NCBI GenBank assembly: GCA_040389905.1
Contig: JAZJZK010000025.1
Location: 38,051-102,050, forward strand
Direction of reading: 5' to 3'
Source of the DNA: Gemmatimonadota bacterium
GTDB lineage: Bacteria; Gemmatimonadota; Gemmatimonadetes; Gemmatimonadales; Gemmatimonadaceae
Length of the DNA: 64,000 nucleotides
Part shown: positions 38,390-47,150 of the stretch, piece after piece
Layout: each line of letters opens with the position of its first letter
How positions within the stretch are numbered: position 1 is the stretch's first letter
Notes under the pieces: model-generated
The model's input: only the letters and a program-made list of their open reading frames with translations
Database searches by the model: none
Told to the model about the DNA's origin: nothing
Made by a program: the position numbers and the translations under genes

Positions 38390-40117
38390 ATGTCCCTCCC
38401 GCCCAATCTCGTCGCCGCACTCGCCGGCAATTACGAGCTACTCCAGGAGATTGGTCGGGGCGGAATGGGCATCGTCTACGCCGGACGCGACATCAGGCTG
38501 GACCGCCTCGTTGCCATCAAGGTTCTGCCCGACCTCGTCAGCAGCGACCTGGTTCGCGAACGCTTTCTCCGCGAAGCGCGAGCGGCTGCGCGGCTGTCGC
38601 ACCCGTCGATCGTCCCGATCTATTCTGCCGACGATCGTAATGGTGTGACCTTCCTTGTGATGGCGTTCATCGACGGGACGACGCTGTCCGCCCGCCTGCG
38701 CGATGGCCAACGTCTCTCCGCCGCCGACGCGGTGCCCATCCTCCGCGACGTGGCCCTCGCGCTCGGCGCGGCGCACCAGCGCGGCGTCGTGCATCGGGAC
38801 ATCAAGCCCGAGAACATTCTCGTGGACCGCAACAGCGGTCGAGCGATGGTGACGGATTTCGGCATCGCGCGGCTCGCGGACGCGATGGGCTCCGGTGCGC
38901 TCACGAGAACGGGCCAGGTCCTGGGTACCGTGGGTTACATGAGCCCCGAGCAGGTCACCGGTGCAGACGTCGACGGACGCAGCGACCTGTACTCGCTCGG
39001 TGTCGTGGCGTTCGAGGCCCTCTCGGGCAAGTTGCCATTCGACGGACCCGCTCCCGTGGTGATCGTCGCGCACGCGACGAAACCCGCGCCACCACTCGCC
39101 TCTGTGGCGCCTCACGTGCCCGCGGAGCTGTGCGCTGTCGTCGACCGGTGTCTCGCCAAGGATCCTGCACGGCGGTACGAGAGCGGCGACGCACTCGCCG
39201 CGGCGCTCGAAGCCGCGGTCGGGCGGTCGGTCGCGGCGGCGCCCTCGCGCGTTGCGCTCGGCGGAGAGGAGCGCATCCTCACCGAACAGGAAGCAGATCG
39301 CGTCTGGCGTCGCGCCGCTGAGCTTCAGGCGGGGATCGACTCGGCTGGTCCGCCGCGTGCGCCCACGGCAGCCGCCACGATCATGCCCCGCACGGTGACG
39401 AATGGCTTCAAGCTCGAACACGTAAGACAGGCCGCGATCGAGGCAGGAATTTCGGCGGCCTACGTGACGCTCGCACTGGATGAGTTGCTGCGGAAAAACG
39501 TCTCACCGGCAGTCCAGGCGGCGCCAGCGCGGGTTGCGCGGCCATCGCCTTCAGACGCTGTCGCAGAGTTTCGAAACTTGAGCAGCAAGGCGTCGAAGTT
39601 AGGCGGCGCGCCGTTGTCGCTCATCTACGAAGTGGACGTCCCGGTTCAACTCGACGTGGACGACTTCGATCTCATTGCCCAGTCGATCCGCAAGGCCTTT
39701 GGCGAACCAGGCACCGCAAGCATTCTGGGCCGAACGCTCATGTGGAATACCACGGGATACAACAAGCTGCGAAATCTGCACGTGACCGTGAGCGCCTCGC
39801 GTGGTCGAACGCACATTCGCGCCGAGGAGCGACTCGGACAGCATGCGGGGGCGACCTTCGGCGGTATCGTTGGGGGGGCGGGGGTCGGATTCGGAATGGC
39901 CAGCCTCGGCGTGACGATGGGCGCGTTGCATCTTCCAGGCATCATCGGCGCCGGTATCACCGCTGGATTCATCTCGTCGGCGTATCTCCTCGCGCGGACC
40001 ATGTTCACGCATTCGGTGCATGATCGCGCGCGCGGAATTGAAGCCTTGGTAAAGGGTCTCGGTGAGCAGGTGATCGACCTCGCGCAGCAGGACGCAGAAC
40101 AGAAGGCGTTACGCTGA
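38390..40117 (+). CDS. Hanks-type Ser/Thr protein kinase with C-terminal membrane domain
   Basis: GRGGMGIVY, VAIK, HRDIKPEN, DFG, GTVGYMSPE, SDLYSLG; Gly-rich hydrophobic C-terminus. Confidence 0.95.
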   Translation: MSLPPNLVAALAGNYELLQEIGRGGMGIVYAGRDIRLDRLVAIKVLPDLVSSDLVRERFLREARAAARLSHPSIVPIYSADDRNGVTFLVMAFIDGTTLSARLRDGQRLSAADAVPILRDVALALGAAHQRGVVHRDIKPENILVDRNSGRAMVTDFGIARLADAMGSGALTRTGQVLGTVGYMSPEQVTGADVDGRSDLYSLGVVAFEALSGKLPFDGPAPVVIVAHATKPAPPLASVAPHVPAELCAVVDRCLAKDPARRYESGDALAAALEAAVGRSVAAAPSRVALGGEERILTEQEADRVWRRAAELQAGIDSAGPPRAPTAAATIMPRTVTNGFKLEHVRQAAIEAGISAAYVTLALDELLRKNVSPAVQAAPARVARPSPSDAVAEFRNLSSKASKLGGAPLSLIYEVDVPVQLDVDDFDLIAQSIRKAFGEPGTASILGRTLMWNTTGYNKLRNLHVTVSASRGRTHIRAEERLGQHAGATFGGIVGGAGVGFGMASLGVTMGALHLPGIIGAGITAGFISSAYLLARTMFTHSVHDRARGIEALVKGLGEQVIDLAQQDAEQKALR

Positions 40118-40122
40118 GCGCT

Positions 40123-40152
40123 TTGTCACCCCGAACTCGCTCGGGGTGACAA
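40123..40152. repeat. Minimal family A hairpin, possible terminator
   Basis: TTGTCACCCCGA-ACTCGC-TCGGGGTGACAA, a perfect 12-bp stem. Confidence 0.75.
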
Positions 40153-40186
40153 GCATCGACCGAACACATTTGACAGTTATAGACAT

Positions 40187-41290
40187 ATGACGCACGCTGC
40201 CGTCCTGATGACCGCCCCGCTTGCCCCACTCGTGATCGAGGAGTTCGCCACCCCGGAGCTCGAGCCGGGCGCGGCATTGTTGCGAACACTCTACTCTGAG
40301 GTGTGCGGCACGGACGTCCATCTCCATCACGGCAAGCTGGCCGTGCCCTTCCCCATCATTCCCGGCCACGTGTCCGTCGGAATCGTCGAGGCCACCGGCA
40401 GCGCACTGCGCGACATCAATGGCGACGCGATCAAGGAGGGCGATACCGTCACCTTTCTCGATGTTCACGAGACGTGCAACAACTGCTACCAGTGCCTGGT
40501 CGCTCGGCAGCCGACGCGCTGCCCGTCGCGGAAGGTGTACGGCATCTCGTACAGCGCTCGCGAGGGACTCCTTGGCGGCTGGAGCGAAGCGATCTGGATG
40601 AAGCCCGGGGTGAAGCTGATCAAGCTGCCGGCCTCACTCACTCCGGAGACGTTCATCGGTGGCGGCTGCGGCCTGGTTACCGCGCTCCATGCGGTGGACA
40701 TGGCCGGCATTCGGCTGGGAGAGTCGGTCGCCGTACTGGGCGTCGGTCCTGTTGGACAATCGATCGTCGCGTTCTCCTCGCTGTCCGGCGCGAGTGAGGT
40801 CATCGCGATCGGTGCGCCGGATGATCGTCTCGCGTTCGCGCGACGGATGGGCGCGACGGCGTCGCTGTCGCTCGACGTCCCCGCCGCCGCCCGACTCGAT
40901 GCCGTGCGCGCAGCAACCGGCGGACGCGGCGTCGACGTCGTCATCGAAGCGAGCGGCGCATCGGATGCAATACCGCAGGGCCTCGACATGGTGCGCGACG
41001 GCGGCCGGATGATCGTGTGCGGACACTACACCGACAACGGCGCGGTCGAGATTCATCCGCACTGGCAGATCAACCGAAAGCACGTCGAGCTCAAGGGGTG
41101 CTGGGGATCACGCTACGACCACTTTCACCGGGCGGTCGCGCTCACGGCTCAGTTCGGTGACGTGAAGCCTTGGCGCGAGATGGTGAGCGGGCGCTACGAC
41201 CTCGAGCACGCCTCGGATGCGCTCGCCGCAGTCGAATCGCGGAGCGCGATCAAGGCCCTCATCACGCCGAATCCGTCGCTGCTTTCGTAA
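40187..41290 (+). CDS. Zinc-dependent (MDR) alcohol dehydrogenase
   Basis: VCGTDVH, PGH, structural Zn site CNNCYQC...C, GVGPVG, GVDVVIEASG. Confidence 0.92.
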   Translation: MTHAAVLMTAPLAPLVIEEFATPELEPGAALLRTLYSEVCGTDVHLHHGKLAVPFPIIPGHVSVGIVEATGSALRDINGDAIKEGDTVTFLDVHETCNNCYQCLVARQPTRCPSRKVYGISYSAREGLLGGWSEAIWMKPGVKLIKLPASLTPETFIGGGCGLVTALHAVDMAGIRLGESVAVLGVGPVGQSIVAFSSLSGASEVIAIGAPDDRLAFARRMGATASLSLDVPAAARLDAVRAATGGRGVDVVIEASGASDAIPQGLDMVRDGGRMIVCGHYTDNGAVEIHPHWQINRKHVELKGCWGSRYDHFHRAVALTAQFGDVKPWREMVSGRYDLEHASDALAAVESRSAIKALITPNPSLLS

Positions 41291-41362
41291 CCCGCTGAGC
41301 GGGCTGAACGCCACGGCACGCAATCCGCATAGTACCGGAGTAGCCGCCTCCGGAGCTTGTGT

Positions 41363-43150
41363 ATGTCAGAGACCACGCTTGACCTGTCGTCCCTTGAAAG
41401 TGATTACGAATTCGTTGGCGAACTGAGCGGTCGGGGAAGTGCCCGGACGTTCATCGCTACGCGCAAGGACAACGGTTCGAAGCGCCGCGAAGATGATACG
41501 CGCGTGCTCGTTTCCGTCATCAGCACACCCAACGGCGACGAGGGAAACGCACTCTCGCACCTCGCGGCTGACACGCAACTCCTTGCGGGGCTGAAGCATC
41601 GGCGTCTCATCCCGGTCATCGAAGGCCGATGGATTGGCAAGGACGCTTATGCGATCGTCACGCAACGGACGACAGACCCATCCCTCGCCGAGCGGCTCGC
41701 GGGGGGCGAGACGTTCACGACCCCGCGCGCCGCAGCGATTCTCCGCGAGATCAACGGACTTATCGAGTGGGCACGTGAGCACAACGTGGTGCACCGCGGT
41801 GTTCGGCCACACGACATCTTCCTCGAGCCGAAGACCGACCGCGTCCATGTCTCGTTCTGTGCGGCGCCCATCTCGCGCATCCAGCGCTCCGACCCGGGCG
41901 AGGATGCGCGCACCATCGCCCGGCTGGCGATGGTGATGCTGACGGGCAAGGTGGACCCCCAGAACGACGCCCGGTCAATCAACGATATTCGCCCGGAATT
42001 GCCTGCTCGGTTGGGTGAGGCAACAGCCACGCTTCTGGACCCGCACAGCACCGCAACGCCCGAAGACGTCGCGACGTACATCGCGCTCATCGGCATGGCG
42101 GATCCGCTCTTCGCCGGAGAGGCCGAGGCCGATCGCATCCGGAAGGAAGTGTACGAGGAACAGCGCGTCGAACGAGAGAAGCTTGCGGCGGAGCGCGCGG
42201 AATTCGAGCGGATGATGGCAGCGGAAAAGGCGGCGTTCGAGCAGCGCGTACGTGAAGAGCTCGCCGCCTTCGAGGCCTCGATGACCGCGGAGCGCGCGCG
42301 GCTCGAGCAGATCATGACCGCCGACCGCGAACTGTTCGCAGCGGAACGCGCGGAGCTTCAGCGCGCTGTGGCCCAGGAACGTGTGGACCTCGTAACACGC
42401 CGCGCACAGCTCGAGCATGAGGCGGCCGAGCAGCGCGCTGCCGTGGAAGCGGCTGCGGCAAGCGACCGCCAGCAACTTGAAATCCTTCGCACAGAGCTGA
42501 TGGCTCGTGGCGAACAGGAAATCGAGCGGAAGCGAAATGCAGCGCTGGAAGAGATCACGGACGACGATTCGGTTCTCGAGTCCGAGGACCTCACTCCATC
42601 GGTTTTCATTCCCCTCGTTGCGTCGCCATTCCAGGAGCTCGACTTCGACAACGACGCGCCGTTGCTGCGCGAAGCGTCCATTCCCGATGTTCCGTCGCTC
42701 GAGGCGTCAACACCGATTGACGTCGGCAGTGAGACGGGGAAGGAAGCCGAGACGTCCGTTCCTGCGTGGAAGCGGTGGCTCATGCCGGCCAGCGTCACTG
42801 GGGGCCTCGCGATTCTCATCGCGGCAGGCGTCCTGATGTCGCGGAGAGAAACGGTGGCCGCACCGCCGGTGAAACAGGTGGCTGTCGTTTCCACGGCACC
42901 GGTATCCGTCGCCGCACCAACCTCCGTGGTACCACTTCCCCCGCCCGCTGGAACGACGGACTCGGCGGCCGGTCAGGTCGCGCTGGACTCGGTGAAGGGG
43001 GCCGACATTCCGAAGCCGGTCCGGAAACGGAAGGCAGTCGTGCGGCGCGACACGATCTTCGACAGCGTCCCTCGCTTCAGAACGGATTCCGTCAAGCCGG
43101 ACACGGTAAGGCCTGATACGATCAAGCCGCTTCTGGGGACGAGGAGCTAG
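41363..43150 (+). CDS. Probable pseudokinase with coiled coil, TM helix and Pro-rich tail
   Basis: Kinase-like N-terminal region (LKHRRLIPV, VVHRGVRPHDIFL) lacking the catalytic Asp and DFG; long E/R/A coiled coil; TM GLAILIAAGVLM; GGAG RBS. Confidence 0.7.
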   Translation: MSETTLDLSSLESDYEFVGELSGRGSARTFIATRKDNGSKRREDDTRVLVSVISTPNGDEGNALSHLAADTQLLAGLKHRRLIPVIEGRWIGKDAYAIVTQRTTDPSLAERLAGGETFTTPRAAAILREINGLIEWAREHNVVHRGVRPHDIFLEPKTDRVHVSFCAAPISRIQRSDPGEDARTIARLAMVMLTGKVDPQNDARSINDIRPELPARLGEATATLLDPHSTATPEDVATYIALIGMADPLFAGEAEADRIRKEVYEEQRVEREKLAAERAEFERMMAAEKAAFEQRVREELAAFEASMTAERARLEQIMTADRELFAAERAELQRAVAQERVDLVTRRAQLEHEAAEQRAAVEAAAASDRQQLEILRTELMARGEQEIERKRNAALEEITDDDSVLESEDLTPSVFIPLVASPFQELDFDNDAPLLREASIPDVPSLEASTPIDVGSETGKEAETSVPAWKRWLMPASVTGGLAILIAAGVLMSRRETVAAPPVKQVAVVSTAPVSVAAPTSVVPLPPPAGTTDSAAGQVALDSVKGADIPKPVRKRKAVVRRDTIFDSVPRFRTDSVKPDTVRPDTIKPLLGTRS

Positions 43151-43163
43151 GATTCAAAGAGAG

Positions 43164-43197
43164 CGGGGCGCGCCGAGTTTCGGCGCGCCCCGTTTTT
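43164..43197 (+). terminator. Rho-independent terminator
   Basis: CGGGGCGCGCCGA / TCGGCGCGCCCCG stem followed by TTTTT. Confidence 0.88.
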
Positions 43198-43218
43198 CCT
43201 GGCACCGAGCACCCGTCC

Positions 43219-44046
43219 CTAGCGACCCGTCAACTCTCGTAGGGTCAGGCTGATCGATCCAATGACCGGGACGCTCGACTTGAGCTTGACGAGTGTTCGC
43301 GCCGAATCCGCCGTGAAGTACACTTCCGCCTTGCCACCCTGCCCGAACAGACCGCCGGCGTTGGTGATCGTCGGCTGTACGACGATCGTCTCGAACGTGC
43401 CGGCCGGCACACGTATGGTTTCCTTGCGAAGGACCCGGATGATGACGTCCCGTCCCGCCTTGAAGTAGCGCGGAATCGTATCGACGTCGCCGACGTTCAA
43501 CGGCAGCGTGCGCACATAGTAGAGAAACGAGACGTCGTCGAGCGGTGCATCCGTGGCGAGTGAGTCGACCTTGCCGGAGTTCGTCTCCAGATACGTGCCT
43601 TTCTCCGGCGCGATTTCGTAGTTCTTTTCGCGGGAGTGCGCGAGTTCCCGCTGCTTCTGCGAGAAGCGGCGCGACACATAACGGGTGCCGTCGAACCAGG
43701 AGTCGAACTGGTCGTTCACCTTCGCGAACAGGAACCCCGCGGACAGCGTCAGGGACGCATGGACGGTGGAGTGGCCACCGACGAGCTCGCGGCCAACGAC
43801 TGCCATCGACCCAGTGCCGACACCTCGGCCCTTGAGCTCGACGTCGTATGTGGCGCGCTCGCCTACGGTCAACGCGTAACCAGACGGCCGTGCCGCAACT
43901 TCGCTGAGCGGAGCGGCAGAGGGCACGAGGTCACGCGAAGCGTAGGACTGCGCACCAAGGGAAGCAGACCCCGCGAATATGAAAAGCACTGCAGCGCTCG
44001 CATGGAGCACTCGTGCAAACGGATGGCGTGCCGAAATGATTTTCAT
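43219..44046 (-). CDS. DUF3108 domain secreted protein
   Basis: Signal peptide; GERATYDV, DDVSFLYYVRTLPL, ETIRVPAGTFET, VKLKS. Confidence 0.8.
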   Translation of the reverse strand: MKIISARHPFARVLHASAAVLFIFAGSASLGAQSYASRDLVPSAAPLSEVAARPSGYALTVGERATYDVELKGRGVGTGSMAVVGRELVGGHSTVHASLTLSAGFLFAKVNDQFDSWFDGTRYVSRRFSQKQRELAHSREKNYEIAPEKGTYLETNSGKVDSLATDAPLDDVSFLYYVRTLPLNVGDVDTIPRYFKAGRDVIIRVLRKETIRVPAGTFETIVVQPTITNAGGLFGQGGKAEVYFTADSARTLVKLKSSVPVIGSISLTLRELTGR

Positions 44047-44094
44047 TGCAGTGTTACTACGTGGAACGGCGACTTCCGGATTCTCCCGGTTTAC

Positions 44095-44147
44095 AAACTA
44101 GACCAAGTCGTCTACTTTAAGTGAAACTAGACCGTTTGGTCTGATTG
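44095..44147. promoter_or_regulatory. Tandem palindromic operators, probably for the adjacent TetR
   Basis: AAACTAGACCAAGTCGTCTACTTT (44095-44118) and AAACTAGACCGTTTGGTCTGATTG (44124-44147) in the divergent intergenic region. Confidence 0.7.
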
Positions 44148-44191
44148 TCAAGCAGAATACGACGTACCGCTGTCCGGTTCCCACACTCCTC

Positions 44192-44857
44192 ATGACACGC
44201 ACAACCCCACATACCCGCTTGACGGTCACTCGAGCCGAACATCTCGACATCGACGGGCGACGGCCCAGCCAAGAGCGCGGCACACGTCGGGTCGAGTTGA
44301 TTCTCGACGCGGCGGCCGCGCTGATCGGGGAAGTTGGTGTCGAGGGACTGACGGTTCAGCTTCTGGCGGAACGAGCTGAGACGTCAAAGGGCTCACTCTA
44401 TCATTTCTTTCCGGATGTCGCTGCGGTGCTTCGCGCGCTCGGCGAGAGACACTTTCGTGCCATCAGCGCAACAGTTGTCGACATCACCAACGATCCTTCA
44501 CTCGACTGGCCCCGGATGCCGGCGCGAAACGTCGTCGCGGCACTGCTCGCCCCATTGGACTACCTGGAGCGCAACTGCGACCTCCTCGCGCTCGTCCGTG
44601 CGCCCGGTGTGCTGCCGCGGTCCTCGCGCTCGATGCAGCCGATGCTGGACCTCGTGGACTTCGTCCTCGCGGCACGATTCCCAAGCATGGCCCCGGAGCG
44701 CCGAGCCACCCGTTCGGCAATGCTTGTGGCGATGATCGACGGGGTGGTTGGAACGGCGGCACGTGGTTGCTCACGCAACGGACGGGAAATGCGGCAGGAG
44801 CTCGAGGAGCTACTTGCGAGCTACCTGATCAGTCTGAGCACAACGGTGAGCTACTAG
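44192..44857 (+). CDS. TetR/AcrR-family transcriptional regulator
   Basis: PSQERG..RVELILDAA...LTVQLLAERAETSKGSLYHFFPD. Confidence 0.93.
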   Translation: MTRTTPHTRLTVTRAEHLDIDGRRPSQERGTRRVELILDAAAALIGEVGVEGLTVQLLAERAETSKGSLYHFFPDVAAVLRALGERHFRAISATVVDITNDPSLDWPRMPARNVVAALLAPLDYLERNCDLLALVRAPGVLPRSSRSMQPMLDLVDFVLAARFPSMAPERRATRSAMLVAMIDGVVGTAARGCSRNGREMRQELEELLASYLISLSTTVSY

Positions 44858-44859
44858 AC

Positions 44860-44950
44860 GCTCTTGGCTCTTGGCTCTGGTTCTCGCTTGAGCACTGGCT
44901 CAAGCTCTGAGTTGCTCATTGCTCAAGGCTCACACGCACGCTCGTGCTCC
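44860..44950. repeat. Degenerate GCTCNNN heptamer array between convergent genes
   Basis: GCTCTTG GCTCTTG GCTCTGG ... GCTCATT GCTCAAG GCTCACA. Confidence 0.65.
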
Positions 44951-44974
44951 CGCTGATAGCTCAAAAGCGCATGG

Positions 44975-45904
44975 TCATTTCATTCGCGCCGCCAATCTCC
45001 TCAAGAACTCCGGCATCCCGTGCAGGTGGTCGATGTGATCCGGCGCCGTGTTTCCCGCGAAACCGAGAATCTCGACCCCCGCGCGATGCGCCTCGCTCAG
45101 CTGTTGCATCCCTCCCGGCCCCCACTTGAGCACGGGAATCCGACGAAGCCCCAGCGCGCTCACGAGATAGTCCGTCGTCTCCGTCGTGCTCGCGAATGTG
45201 CCGGGAAAGATTTCTGAATGGGTTACCAGTAGTCGCTTCTCGCCACGCAAGGCCGCGCGCCCAAAGCGCACCAATGCCTCGAGATGCTTCTCGTCCAGCT
45301 GCCCGCCCTTCTCCACGACCGTCCCTTCCGGGACGTAGCTCGTGTGCAGCCCGTCGAGCAACAGGACAGCGTTCACCTGCGCGAAGTGCGCCGAGTCACG
45401 AAGGATCGCGCGGATCGCGCCGTGCCCTGCGCTGAATCCGACGAGCGTCGTCGTGCGAAGGACCGCAGGCGCGCCGAGCGCCGCGGACACCTCTCGCCGA
45501 ACGTTCGAGAGCAATGAGTCGAACACCGGCGGATCGCTGAACGCCCGGTCGTACGCTCCCGAACCGGCTCCGACATTCACGACGGCCAACACGTAATCCT
45601 TACCGAGCGCCGCCACGGCCTTTTCCGCGACGAACGCCGCGCCATGAAAGTGGACGACGAGCTGCACACCGCGGCCGGCCCTCACGCCTTTGGGCACGAA
45701 CAGCGCGATTGGCTTGCCGAGCGGCCCATCGACCGTGCGCCGAATTCCGGGCACCTCCGTCGCCGTCAGGCGCACATGCGCACGCGTGCGCTCGACCATT
45801 GGTGACGGATTCTGAGTCGCGAGAGGAAGCGGAGTCTGCGCCTGCGTCACGGAAGCAAGGCCAAGCATGACGCTTGCAATTGTGACCGCGTATCGCGCTC
45901 GCAT
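44975..45904 (-). CDS. Secreted alpha/beta-hydrolase-like hypothetical protein
   Basis: Signal peptide from ATG 45904; VVHFHG, nucleophile-like GFSAG, LLDGLH, C-terminal DH. Confidence 0.7.
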   Translation of the reverse strand: MRARYAVTIASVMLGLASVTQAQTPLPLATQNPSPMVERTRAHVRLTATEVPGIRRTVDGPLGKPIALFVPKGVRAGRGVQLVVHFHGAAFVAEKAVAALGKDYVLAVVNVGAGSGAYDRAFSDPPVFDSLLSNVRREVSAALGAPAVLRTTTLVGFSAGHGAIRAILRDSAHFAQVNAVLLLDGLHTSYVPEGTVVEKGGQLDEKHLEALVRFGRAALRGEKRLLVTHSEIFPGTFASTTETTDYLVSALGLRRIPVLKWGPGGMQQLSEAHRAGVEILGFAGNTAPDHIDHLHGMPEFLRRLAARMK

Positions 45905-45922
45905 CACCTTCGAGGTCCCCGC

Positions 45923-46072
45923 ATGATTCTCACCGTCGGCATCGTCCTGCTCGTCCTCTGGCTGTTCGCCTTCATGATCTTCCGAAAGGTGCTCGGCGCA
46001 GTCGTGCATCTCCTGCTCATCATCGCCATCTGCGCCATCATCTGGCACTTTGTCGGACCCATGCTACGATAG
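45923..46072 (+). CDS. Small two-TM membrane protein (lmo0937/DUF5670-like), 49 aa
   Basis: Not in the ORF track. GAGG RBS; MILTVGIVLLVLWLFAFMIFRKVLGAVVHLLLIIAICAIIWHFVGPMLR*. Confidence 0.8.
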   Translation: MILTVGIVLLVLWLFAFMIFRKVLGAVVHLLLIIAICAIIWHFVGPMLR

Positions 46073-46903
46073 CGCAAACAGCTCGTTCGCTTCGGAATTG
46101 GGAATCGCACCACTCAATGAATCGTACGTGCCCGCTGCGAACAGCTCCGTAGCGGCTCGACGGACCTGCGCCATCGCCGAGCGCGCGAGCGCCCCGCCGA
46201 CACTCACGCGAGCTACCCCGAGCGCGCCGAGTTCCTGAATCGACGGTGCGCCGGGCCCGGCAAGGATGTTGATCGGTGCGTCGATGCTGTTCACGAGACG
46301 GCTGATCGTTGGCGCGTGGACGACCCCGGGGATGAAAATCCCGTTTGCGCCGGCGTCGAGGTAAGCTCTCGCACGACGTACCGTTTCGTCGAACCGGTCG
46401 TCAGCCTCGCCGATGTGAAAGAGGTACGCATCGGTGCGGAGGTTGATGAAGAGCGCGACACCTTCCGCTGCAGCAGCAGTGCGTGCCGCGTCGATTCGCC
46501 GTGCTTGCGCCGCAATCTCGATGAGCGCCGTTGCGTCCGCGGGGTCGGTGTCTTCGAGATTGATCCCCACGGCTCCGGCTCCGATGGTGGCTCGCACCGT
46601 CTCGGCAACGTCATCGGGCGAGCCACTCCCATAGCCGCCTTCGATATCCGCGGTCACGGGAACGCTGACGGCCGAAACGATTCGCCGAACCACGTCGATC
46701 ATCTCACCACGCATCACGCCATGCCCGTCAGGCCGTCCCAGTGACCAGGAGACGCCGGAACTCGTGGTGGCAATCGCGCGCGCGCCCGCCAGCTCGACGA
46801 TACGCGCGCTGGCCGCGTCCCAGGCATTGGGTAACACGAGGACGTTTGGTGCTCCGCGCGAGTGGAGACGCTGGAAGTGTTCGGCCTTGTCGGTCTGGAT
46901 CAT
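46064..46903 (-). CDS. Isocitrate lyase/PEP mutase-family protein
   Basis: LPNAWDAASA, ATTSSG, VTADIEGGYG, GINLED, INLRTD, AGANGIF. Confidence 0.92.
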   Translation of the reverse strand: MIQTDKAEHFQRLHSRGAPNVLVLPNAWDAASARIVELAGARAIATTSSGVSWSLGRPDGHGVMRGEMIDVVRRIVSAVSVPVTADIEGGYGSGSPDDVAETVRATIGAGAVGINLEDTDPADATALIEIAAQARRIDAARTAAAAEGVALFINLRTDAYLFHIGEADDRFDETVRRARAYLDAGANGIFIPGVVHAPTISRLVNSIDAPINILAGPGAPSIQELGALGVARVSVGGALARSAMAQVRRAATELFAAGTYDSLSGAIPNSEANELFALS

Positions 46904-46950
46904 CGTGGTGGCCTTAGAGTAGGTCTCGCGGCAAGCTGGTAACCGTTGCT

Positions 46951-47101
46951 AACCGCAGAGGGCGCAAAGGAGCAGAGGTACGCGGAGGAAAACGGAACTG
47001 CAGCTCCGCTAGGTTGTCGCCCTGAGTGAAACGAAGGGCCTGCACCTTCAAATGCGGTTCCTCTGCGTTCCTCTGCTCGTCTGCGCCCTCTGCGGTTCAA
47101 A
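46951..47101. repeat. Composite REP-like element (B arm, A, inverted B arm)
   Basis: AACCGCAGAGGGCGCAAAGG... TTGTCGCCCTGAGTGAAACGAAGGGCCTGCACC ...CTCTGCGGTTCAAA. Confidence 0.85.
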
Positions 47102-47150
47102 TGCGATGGAATCAGATTCCGCATTGATCCGTAGACTGCCGAGCGACAGA

